DNA of 64,000 bases, from positions 32,001 to 96,000 of the IMG/VR virus record IMGVR_UViG_3300037067_004728; one strand, written 5' to 3'. Numbering within the stretch: position 1 is the stretch's first letter; each line of letters begins with the position of its first letter. Shown piece by piece: positions 41,641-51,445 of this stretch. Source of the stretch: a virus. Lineage: Duplodnaviria; Caudoviricetes. Position numbers and translations under genes: made by a program. Below the pieces are notes generated by a model, which searched no databases, had not been told where the DNA came from, and saw only the letters and a list, made by a program, of their open reading frames with translations.

Positions 41641-41756
41641 ATGCTGGACCATAGGGTCTGTCCACGGGAAGCAGGAACAGGTGTGCCGTGGCCTCAATCA
41701 CGAAGGGCCAAAATGTCATAAGACAGGCGTGTGGTGAAGGGGATTCCTGCCAGCAT
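41641..41756 (+). ncRNA. candidate structured intergenic RNA
   Basis: ATGCTGG/CCAGCAT, GCAGGAA/TTCCTGC, GGCC/GGCC and TGTC/GACA nested stems. Confidence 0.4.
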
Positions 41757-42042
41757 TATTATAGATTATGACTAGACATTGTATAAATCTTGCGTATGAT
41801 GACCAGAGGCCATTTTGTATTGTTCATGCCTTAGAAGGGCATGGTTGTTGCTGCGGATACACTGGTGATGATTGCCATGTTGTTACTCTAAATGGTAAGC
41901 GTCGAATTCAGTGCGGAGGCGAGAAGTTAGGTATCCCCACGTTAGTAGGGGTATGTCAAGACTTTGAGCCGGAGCCGTGGTTAAAAATGCATTTAGGTGT
42001 TGAGCCACTTGACTATTCGATTTAATAAGCTATACTAGAGGT

Positions 42043-42450
42043 ATGATAGGAACAAGGACGCACGGTTGGTGGCATATTGCTGAATACCCATTGGTTGATG
42101 TTATACGTAATCAACATCCACGATTCATTACAATTGATGGCCTAGTCTATCGCGTGAGGGCGCGAGTCGGGCGTAATCGTATCTTTCGGTCAGCCCATTG
42201 TCAATGTGCATGTTGCGGAGTAGAGTGTACACTGGCAATTTTAGACACTAGCCACATTGGATCGGGCTTGGCCTCTTTTAACATTTACAGCAGCGACGGG
42301 GCTGTTATGCTAACACGGGATCATATTCTACCACAGTGTTTAGGTGGAACAAATGATCGACTGAATATGCAAGCCTTATGTAATCGTTGCAATCACGTTA
42401 AAGATAATAAGACTATTAGTTTGAGGCAGTTACGTGTCCTTGTTTCGTAA
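42043..42450 (+). CDS. HNH endonuclease
   Basis: CACCG, TRDHILP..LGG.N...N.Q.LC..CN..K. Confidence 0.85.
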   Translation: MIGTRTHGWWHIAEYPLVDVIRNQHPRFITIDGLVYRVRARVGRNRIFRSAHCQCACCGVECTLAILDTSHIGSGLASFNIYSSDGAVMLTRDHILPQCLGGTNDRLNMQALCNRCNHVKDNKTISLRQLRVLVS

Positions 42451-42678
42451 ACTTGTTACAGCAATGCGAGAAGCCGGGTATATCATGTTTACAATAAAAC
42501 ATGATAAAGCCAATCCTGGTGCAAGTCTGATTATAGTCGAACAAGAAATTAGTCGCTTAGGGACACACCCATCATTTTGGGACGTACTTGACCGCTTGGG
42601 CTTAGATGGACGTTTTGGATCGGTTCGCTATCATCAAGTTAATAGAGAATTACCCGAAGGGACTTATTTGACTTTTGT

Positions 42679-43209
42679 ATGAAACGGCTATTTGATATAT
42701 TGGCTAGTAGTGTCCTGTTAATTGCATTGCTGCCACTAATGATTTTAATTGCTGCCGGGGTCAAGTTGACTTCGCGTGGTCCTATTTTCTTTCGTCAAGT
42801 TAGAATTGGCTGGTATACTGAACCCTTCCAGATTTGGAAATTTCGGACGCTTTATACCGGCAATCACGTTGGTCAAGTAACACGAAATGATCCACAAGTT
42901 ACATGGTTTGGTAGATTTTTGAGGAAAACTTCTTTGGATGAGCTACCACAACTATGGAACATTCTTATCGGTGATATGTCCTTGGTTGGTCCTCGGCCAT
43001 TGACGCCGAATTTTTATTACGAGTACAATATCCCTATTGAACGTAGTATTGTTCGTCCTGGGTTGACTGGCTTGGCTCAGATATTGGGCCACCGTGGAAT
43101 TTGTGACATGGCTACCCGTGTTAAATTAGATTTGGAATATAAACCATCCGTTAGCGGCGATTTGAAAATCATTATTCAAACAATACCAGTCGTGTTTACT
43201 GGGTATTAA
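42679..43209 (+). CDS. bacterial sugar transferase (WcaJ/priming glycosyltransferase catalytic domain)
   Basis: KRLFDI, GPIFFRQ.R.G, KFRT, GRFLRKTSLDELPQLWNIL.GDMSLVGPRP, PGLTGLAQ. Confidence 0.95.
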   Translation: MKRLFDILASSVLLIALLPLMILIAAGVKLTSRGPIFFRQVRIGWYTEPFQIWKFRTLYTGNHVGQVTRNDPQVTWFGRFLRKTSLDELPQLWNILIGDMSLVGPRPLTPNFYYEYNIPIERSIVRPGLTGLAQILGHRGICDMATRVKLDLEYKPSVSGDLKIIIQTIPVVFTGY

Positions 43210-43879
43210 AATGAAGTTAATTCTCTGTCCAAAATGTCAAGATGTAGTTAAAGGCGATTATGCGCCGCGTACTTGTAAATGTGGTGCTAGTGGACTACAA
43301 TACTTAAAAGACGGTCTTAATGCCATCTATTGGGGTGAGGCAATACCACTTGGATTTGCCAACAGTACCCTAGTCAAAGCAGTTAATAATCAACCTGCTA
43401 CAGGTATGGGGCGTACTTTTGAGGCTTTTGTGATCCCTAAAGACTGTCCTACTTTTAAGAAACAATGCCCACATGAATGGTCGGGAGCCTATATCGCTAA
43501 AGATGGGTTCACTTGTAATCAAAGGTGTACAAAATGTGGTTTGACAAAGCCATATTCTGATGTATAATTGAATATGAAGGTGAACGATATAGCTATGGGA
43601 GTAGAGCATGAAACAATGTAGCTGGGTCGAGTGTGTTGCTTGTACTAAACCGATTCCTAAACCGCGAATTCGGAAATGGAACTGGATCAAGATTTATGAA
43701 AATGATGTAGTTAATTTCTGGGTTTGCGAACAAGACTTAAAAGAGTCATTTGTGCAAGAAGCACATATTGCCTTTGGCAAGGCTCTCGATCAGGTAATAC
43801 GCCTTGGGGCCTATCCAGAAGTTCTCTTTCCAGTTGTGGCCCGGCATCGTAGGGAATTGACAGTGGAGCAACAAAATCC

Positions 43880-44266
43880 ATGAGCGATGAAACGAATATC
43901 CTTGCCATTGAGCATGTCGGTAGTAGGATAACTTGCAATCCGCCTCCAACGGATACTGACGATGACTGGTTGTATCTGGTCGTCAACATTGAAGAATTTG
44001 TCCAAAGTTTTAAGCGGGATGGATTCTATGTCGATGGCTCATTGATGGGTGGGAATATAGTTGCCGAGAATGAAGTATGTAAACATGGTCTTTTTGTCTC
44101 GATGAAACATCCGGTTGATGATGTAAATTTGATTGCAACCTCAGACCGTGAGTTCTTTCAACGATTTCTTGCGGCTACGGCTGTTTGTCGCCGATTGAAT
44201 TTGATGAATAAAACAGATCGAATTGATTTGTTTCAAGCAGTTTTATACGGAGTCGATAATGGATGA
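43880..44266 (+). CDS. pol-beta nucleotidyltransferase-like phage protein
   Basis: VGSR...TDTDDD (GS..DxD pattern). Confidence 0.45.
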   Translation: MSDETNILAIEHVGSRITCNPPPTDTDDDWLYLVVNIEEFVQSFKRDGFYVDGSLMGGNIVAENEVCKHGLFVSMKHPVDDVNLIATSDREFFQRFLAATAVCRRLNLMNKTDRIDLFQAVLYGVDNG

Positions 44267-44981
44267 GCAGGTAGCCACACTAAATGCTAGTGTTGCCCGC
44301 GCGTTAATTCGGGCAATGGGTATGCAGGCTGAGAATCAAGATAGACTGGCTCGTGGTTTAGCAATAGCTTATACTGAACAGGCATTTGTTGACGTTATCA
44401 ATGATGAAGGCTTGGGATATAATTCAGTACGGATTAGTCTCTATGGAAGCTAGGTGGGTGGGTCAAAAATTGACCGGGATTTTATGCCCCGTATTTGCCA
44501 GAAAATTAAAGCGCCTTATACGGCGCACATATATGCAAAGTGGGCACAGTTAATTTGTAATTTGAGAGAGGATTGGTGTTAGATGGCGGTTGAACCCCAT
44601 GCAGTGATGCGAGCAAAACACGTTTGTCAGGAGATATTGCCAGAGGAGGCATTTCTATACGCAACAATTGATGATATTACGTTGACCAAAGTAAATCGAG
44701 CCGAATTGAAACCAAACGGTAAGGTTCAGTTATTTTTTATCAAGGATAATCGGCGTCGGCAATTAACAGTTGATGGCGATGAAATTTTGATCGTGAGTTT
44801 TCAAGAACTTTCTGGTCAAAGTGTAGCAAGTATTTTACGTCAGGCAAGGCACGCTGCCTCTCCGTTTCGTGGATTCGGGGCACCAACACGGGCAACCGCG
44901 ATGGAACCCCACGCAACATCTGTACTAGCGGCGATGCACGGCTCAAATTTCTTTGGCTAAACGGGTCTTGCCTAACTTCAC

Positions 44982-45015
44982 GAGCCACGCTACTGGAAGT
45001 ACCGTGGCTCTTTTT
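44982..45015 (+). terminator. intrinsic terminator ending the dense left gene block
   Basis: GAGCCACG/CGTGGCTC stem plus T-run. Confidence 0.75.
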
Positions 45016-45128
45016 ATTTATAACATAGATAGCTGATTTATTTGCTTAACGAATCCAAAATTTCTGCCGCCGCAAATAAAATTGTAATTACAATGTAATT
45101 ACATGGCGGCTATCTGTGTTATATCTAT

Positions 45129-45191
45129 AAAAATGCCCGGAATTAAAATTTCGCCACCATGCTAGGAGAAATTTTAATTCCGGGCATTTTT
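45129..45191. repeat. 24-bp perfect inverted repeat (15-nt loop)
   Basis: AAAAATGCCCGGAATTAAAATTTC / GAAATTTTAATTCCGGGCATTTTT. Confidence 0.9.
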
Positions 45192-45203
45192 TGATTTTGA
45201 CCC

Positions 45204-45233
45204 TGGTGGAAATTTTAGGGTCGCAATGTAGGG
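45204..45233. repeat. 30-bp element repeated at 61445-61474
   Basis: TGGTGGAAATTT(T/G)AGGGTCGCAATGTAGGG, one mismatch. Confidence 0.85.
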
Positions 45234-45463
45234 AGTAACCGTATCGCCTGTATCAGACGTATCATCAAGCGGGGTCAGACTTGGTTATATCAATCCTAAC
45301 GCTGGATTGCGTCATACTGATTGTAACGAAGATTCTGTCAAGACACAGTTAGAGCGGGCCGGTACACCCGGCATATACATGACGGTTGTAACGGCTACTC
45401 AAGTCGTGGTTAGTCTGTTGTTTTTATCTCCTGTATGTTTACAAAAATTTTCCACACGTTTCA

Positions 45464-45492
45464 ACTATACCACATGGCGTCAAGTTTGTCAA
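45464..45492 (-). promoter_or_regulatory. leftward promoter over non-coding DNA
   Basis: TTGACA-N17-TATAGT with TG extension on the minus strand. Confidence 0.65.
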
Positions 45493-45940
45493 CATACAGG
45501 TTAATTCTGTAAATCTACTTGTCGGGGTCATAATGATTAACGGGGTCTCGCGTGCGCGTCACGCGATTAAATAATGTCGGCTTGACTTTTAACGCCAGCA
45601 TGTTATACTAGAGTGGAGGGAAAATTATGCGTCATTGGCCTGTTGAATTAGTTGTTGAGTCTTTTAATCCACGTTGCGGAATGTGGGAAGCCGTCGAATC
45701 TGTAAGTATTCGTGGGTATGAATTACCCCGTACTCTCGATGATTATAAATCTGCCCGTTTTGCAGCTTATGAGATTGTCGAGCGGCAAGAGGGAACGTGT
45801 CGTATAGTTGAGGTATTTGACGATAACCAGCGTTGGATATTGTGGTCTGATGGCAAGTGGGCACGTACCGGGATGGAAAGTTTACATGAAGATGATTCAT
45901 GGTAACTTGACAACGGCAATTTTTGTGGTATAGTTAATAA

Positions 45941-46170
45941 TGGAGGCTGACGGGTGGCAGGGCAAAACGTAATTGTCGTACCCATCCACGATGCCTTTTC
46001 GTTAGAAAGTCCTAGTAACCTGTTGCGGTGGGGACTAGGCCCGGTACACGCCCGGTAGCGGGGAAGTGGCCGGATTTATTATCGGTCGAAAGGCCCGGAG
46101 ATAGAACCGCCATAGGGCCGAGTAGTAAGCTACCGACGCGCGGGGGAGGGGCGCCCCTCCCCATCTTTTT
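45941..46170 (+). ncRNA. candidate ~230-nt structured RNA bounded by promoter and terminator
   Basis: promoter 45907-45934; stems CTGACGG/TCGTTAG, CCTAGT/ACTAGG, CGGTAGC/GCTACCG, GGCCC/GGGCC; terminator 46143-46170. Confidence 0.55.
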
Positions 46171-47434
46171 GTTAATAGAAAGGGGACATTATGCTAGTTG
46201 CGTATTCGTACTCAAATGAGGTTTTGGTTTGCCATGCAAAAGATGAAGCCAAGATGCTTGATGTGTGGTTTGCCAATGGAGGACGTGACCCGGAAGATTA
46301 CGACCGCGAAGAATTCGACTCAGTTGTGCGTGTTGGTTCACGAACTCATTGCAAAGGGGACTAATCATGTTTTGGCCGTGGTTTGCTTGTTTGTGTTTTG
46401 TCGTTGTGCGCGGCATGATGTCTCATGCCATTTTGTGGTCGCAGTTAGATAGCCGACAAAAACTGCCGCCGTGGACACTCATTAGTGCCCTTGTCTCGGA
46501 TTTTGTAGTGCCGCTTGCGATTGTAGCGGCTGCCCTTGCGTTTAAGCCAGTTCCTTTCAACCCATGCTAAACCTAAACGGCGTCAACAAAGCATCTAAAC
46601 CTTGTCATGTTTCTACGAATGAGCATGGCGAAGTAGTTAAATGGTGGCTTTGTCCATCCCTGAATGAGTGGGCACGACATTGCGGCGTGAATGTAAGATG
46701 CTGGATTGTGGAAATTGCTGGCCGGGATTCGTATGTCTTGACAGATGAAACTAAGGTCATTTTCGAGACACAATTACTTGAAGATGCCGCTTGCCATATC
46801 GACATTATGAAACTTGACAAAACGATTCCATGTGGTAAGATTCAAGTATGAAAGTGCAAATTTTCAAGGATGCTGGATATGGTGGTGGTAAACTTTGCTG
46901 GGTGCAAGTCACTAAAACAGAGGCGCTTGCACTTATCCAGAGTCTTGCTGAACAGTTGAAAACCGGAAATCCGAATAGTGGGCGGCTTGAAAGCCGTTGC
47001 CGTGGTGATGTATCTGAGTTGTCAATTTGCGTACATGAAAGGGATTAAATGAAGTATCGGGTTTATGTGCCTGTTACGGGTTATAACGTCTACACCGTGG
47101 ATGCGAATAGCCCAGAGGATGCAGTTGAAACGGTTGCATCGGGTGATTGTGACCCCGATGGTGATACCGCTCTAACAGAGGAAGATGTTGACACTGGATT
47201 GTGGGATGTTGAACCTGACAATAACTAAAGCAACAGTTATCCAAGGCCACGGGGCTGATCTTGTTTGCTTGCATACTGATTTGCCTAGTCCCATGCCTAA
47301 GTTTGTCGATGCGCCGCTGGAACTTGACTTTCAGGTGGAACGTGATAAGGGCGTGGATTATGTGGTTTATACGCTAGGCATTGACCCTAGCTTGGTGTGC
47401 CTCATCAAACGGGAGAATCCTCCCTATTCATTCC

Positions 47435-47465
47435 GAAACCGGGGTTAATCTGCCCGGTTTCTTTT
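47435..47465 (+). terminator. intrinsic terminator
   Basis: GAAACCGGG/CCCGGTTTC plus T-run. Confidence 0.75.
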
Positions 47466-47588
47466 CTAAGGATTGTCGGGGTCATAAATTGATTACCAAA
47501 ATAAACATGCCATGACCCCGCTTAGTGGAATAATCGGAATGTTTATGTTATGGCTTGACAAGCGGTGATTCTGTGATACAGTAGTAGT

Positions 47589-48083
47589 ATGCAGATAACT
47601 AAGCAATTTGTTGTCGCCGGAAATGCAAAATTTACCGTAAGCAACGCGGACGGTATTAAATTTGCGTATCAGGTGAAAAGCACAAGCCGGGATGCCGACG
47701 CTAACCGTCAAGGTATGTTCCTTGTGTATACATTTGCTGAGAACGGACGGCGGTTGTATGTAGGCCGCTTAAATTCGCATACCGGATTGGTAACGATTGG
47801 GCGACGGAGCAAGGTTAATGAGTCTAGCCTTATGTTTCAAGTGATTCGTTGGGCTTGTAACGTGTTATGGCTCGGTAATGACTTTCCACCCGGCTATCAA
47901 GCCGAAACGGTAGGCCGGTGTGGTTGTTGTGGGCGTCGATTAGCGAACCCTCGGCAGTTATTTGGCCCAGAGTGTCGCCCTGAAACACGCTCACACAGAG
48001 CATACTCCCGCCGACGCGCTCGCCCCGCCTTGCGTGATTTAGACTGGGGCTGTTGTACGGGTATAAGTGGGGAGGGACAATGA
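47589..48083 (+). CDS. phage protein with C-terminal Zn ribbon (DUF6011-like)
   Basis: GNAKFTVS N-terminus; GRCGCCGRRL...GPEC; leaderless start. Confidence 0.55.
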   Translation: MQITKQFVVAGNAKFTVSNADGIKFAYQVKSTSRDADANRQGMFLVYTFAENGRRLYVGRLNSHTGLVTIGRRSKVNESSLMFQVIRWACNVLWLGNDFPPGYQAETVGRCGCCGRRLANPRQLFGPECRPETRSHRAYSRRRARPALRDLDWGCCTGISGEGQ

Positions 48084-50157
48084 CGGGTTTACTAATCAAT
48101 ATCGGTATCCTCTTTATGGGTGTCTGGTGCTGGCAGTTTATCAAAGTAATTGACAGCCCAGCCGATCCGAAAGCGGAAGCGGATTTTTGGAAAGTTTGTT
48201 TTTTCACAGAGTATTGGCATGGACCTGACGACAAGATTTAGAATCCTGAATACGGAGCTAGAATTTCTACCCGTTGCTGAACGCATGGCCCAATTAGCAG
48301 CCCCGGATAAACGCAATAAGGTGATACGCCTCATTGCCGCTATTGACCAGGATATTGCTAAACAACGGGACGAGATAGACCGGGAGGTAGAATGGCGCAG
48401 GTAGTATTGCTAAAACCACGGGTTACGGTCCAAGACCTAAAAATGGTCGAACTTGATTTAGGAGAGGCCGAAATTGACGCCCGTGAAGAGGGCTACCCAA
48501 AGATGGCGGATTGTTTGGGCCGGATGAAAGCGGCAATTCGATCCATGCTTTTTGATTTGGGTGAAGCTCATTGGCTAAACGCCACCCAAGAGAGTGAGAA
48601 TCACTAATGTACTTTGTGCTAGTCAAGGTAACGGATAAGGGAAAAGAAACTCTTGTCGATTTTGCCGATTGTCCCAATGAGTTGGAATATCATCGTTTGC
48701 AACACTGCTACGAATGGTTTGTTTATGCTCATTGGATAAATGGCACACGTACAAAGATTGCGGCAGTGAATTGGTCCGGTGGTGCAAGCTATTGTTTCGA
48801 TGACCCGTATGCAGAGAATCGGTGTTGTATCAAAGAACACGATCATATTGTCCCAATGGTACGCGGGGCATTGTTTTACAACCATTTATTTAAGCGGTAT
48901 CAGGATTGCCAAACGGCAAAGACGATTGCCGTGTTTCCAGTGGATGCGTAATTATGCGTTTTATTCTACGTGATTATGCGGATAGTGAAGTGGCCGATAT
49001 TGCGGTAGCTGACACTCCCGCCGAACTTTTCGATAATATCTCTTTGTTGAGTGGCCGTATCTGGCGGGTTATTGCCGAACATGATAGTGGTGCCCGTGGT
49101 GAAGATGTTGCGGTTATTGACTTAACTACCGGAATACATGGTTATAATGTCTTTAATCATCAGACCGTTTCTCATGCTGACCACATGACAAGTGCAGTGT
49201 GTATGGTTCGTAACTTGTTGCAGCATTATTATGTTAATGGGAAACTTAACGATCATGTTGATTTACTGGGTGTGAGGGTTTGCCCGGCATGAGTGAATTT
49301 TTCTCATTTACCGTGAATTGCATTTATACCGATTTTGTTCAACGAATTGACTTTGATCGGTTAGAGGATGCGCGGGCTTATTATGATCGGCACATTTATG
49401 ACAAACGAATGTGTCTTATCGAATTGGTTGGATTTAGTTGTTTGCTCGGCAGTCTTACGATTTTGTCAAGCCCCCGACTTGACAAACCAAAAAAGTGAGG
49501 TATGATTCACGTATGCGAGAAGTAGAAAGCCTGTTGCTTGAACTTGATACCGACGAAATTCAGGAATTCGCGGAACTTCATTGTGGTTGGTATGATTCTG
49601 ACTACTATGATGAATGTGAATACGATGAGGAATACGACGAATGGGAAGGCCCACGGGATGGCTATTCTATCGTCGATTCGGCTCTTGACGCTATCCGCGA
49701 ATGGGTGGGCGAAGCGCCTGAAAATATCGAGGTTTTGAGAAGCTATGTCACTGTTTGATGACGTGCATTGCCGAACAAGGATATTTAGTTTGATCGGTCG
49801 CCCGGTCATACTTACGCATGAATACTACCCTAATAAGCCCGGTGTGATTGTGGCAAAGGGCAAAGGTATGAATTTTCGTATCCGGCTTGACAGCGGTAGT
49901 GAAATCTGGTTTGCTAGAGCAGACTTTAAGTTGCCGCCCTTGCCGCCGGAACAACGCCGCCCGGAATGGGTATCAGACTATTCATCGGGTTTTGATTATG
50001 AGGGATTAGAGGGTTTCTAATGACTGCGTATCAAAAAGCAGAATTAAGCGGGCGGATTCAATACTACTTGAAACGCGCCGAAGATGCAATCGACCATTAT
50101 GAGTTTGCGAAATTTGATGAGTTTGTTGCCATAGCAATTAAACTCCGTCAACAATAT

Positions 50158-50505
50158 GGGGACGAATCGGATTCGACCGGATAGCTAGAAGTGTAGGATG
50201 CGTGCCGTGGTTGGACGACAGGCCACGTAAAAAGTCGCCCGTTAAATCTTAATTGCCAAGCCTAGCTTTGCAATGGCTGCGTAAAGCAGCCCCGGTTGAG
50301 AGTCCTAGCCCGATGGACTTGACTACCGGCCATAAATCGGGACCGCCTTGACCGACGCCAGTGAGTCAAGGTTAAATAAACTGGATAGCAACCCGCCAAC
50401 CTTGTCGATTTGGGAAGCGGGAAGCGAAATATCAAAAATCGACTATGCACGTAGACGACTGCATGGAAGTATCGCGGGACGCGGGTTCAATTCCCGCCGT
50501 CTCCA
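50158..50505 (+). ncRNA. ssrA: tmRNA; tag ORF 50255-50284 = AKPSFAMAA*
   Basis: GGGGACG/CGTCTCC acceptor stem with G3-U, GGATTCGAC, PK1, TAATT-GCC resume context, T-arm GCGGGTTCAATTCCCGC. Confidence 0.93.
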
Positions 50506-50767
50506 CTTAACCATAGCTCGGCAGTTATGGTGCCGCCCGTTGTGGCCGGGCGGCAATTTTATTTGGAGGTTTTATGGATCGTGAATTAGTAGAAACTGTG
50601 CGTGATTTTGTGAAAAATGGTAAGGTGTTTGTGCATCTTATCACAGAATCTAAGATTGTCGAATTTCCTGCCAGCGGTGTGCATAGTGCGGGCGGGTATT
50701 TGGTGGTCGAAGTCAAAATTCCAGAGCTACCACTTGACAAGCATTAAATGTGTGGTAGTATTGAATA

Positions 50768-51012
50768 GTGCGCGGTTGCTTGTGCCTGTAAGTAGGCCAA
50801 GGTTCATAGAAACTACCAACCTCTCACGGTTAGCTGCCGAGACATAGGGGTAGTGGTGAATGAATACAGCTTATTAGAGAAAAGAGCGACCCGTCAGGTT
50901 TTCTAGGGGCCGGACGTTAAAGTGTGGTGGGATGCCTATAGATAATTATGATTAAAAACTAAAATCATTGGCACAAGTGAAAAGGCTAGGACTCATCCCC
51001 CTAGCCTTTTCT
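50768..51012 (+). ncRNA. candidate ~240-nt structured RNA bounded by promoter and terminator
   Basis: promoter 50734-50761; GCTTGTGCC/GGCACAAGT long-range closing helix; terminator AAAAGGCTAGG/CCTAGCCTTTT. Confidence 0.55.
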
Positions 51013-51127
51013 GTTGATTTTTCAAGCCAGTTGTCGGGGTCACGAATTGACAACTTTTAATTATGACCCCGACAATAAGATATGTATAGTTATCGGGGTC
51101 AGAAAACATTAAAATTTGACAAAAGTG

Positions 51128-51178
51128 GTTTTTAATGGTAGACTAAACTTAAATTAAGTTTAGTCTACCATTAAAAAC
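51128..51178. repeat. 51-bp palindrome (perfect 25-bp arms, 1-nt centre)
   Basis: GTTTTTAATGGTAGACTAAACTTAA-A-TTAAGTTTAGTCTACCATTAAAAAC. Confidence 0.92.
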
Positions 51179-51445
51179 TAAACTATGCCCCTACGACCCC
51201 GATAATGTGAAATTTTTGCGTGTTTCTTGACAATGGCATATTTTGATGATAAGATATTGTTATGCTGCGATTCTATCCATACCATCCGCGCGATACCGAC
51301 GCCTTAGCGGCGGTTTGCCAAGTGGTTGATATTTGCCGCATTGTTGAGGGCCGCTATGAAGTGGTTGCCGATAACCTAACGTATATGGACGCCATAACAA
51401 TGGCGGAAAACCTTAATCTGCAATCTGCCGTAGAAAGCTAAACCT

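Noticed and set aside
45955-46065. c-di-GMP-I riboswitch (CAGGGCAAA ... GGTAGCGGGG)
   Set aside because: The GNRA-capped P2 and the GCAAAGC junction could not be fitted, so it is kept only as an unclassified RNA.
50262-50584. ORFs 50348..50584 (+) and 50262..50450 (-)
   Set aside because: They lie largely within tmRNA.
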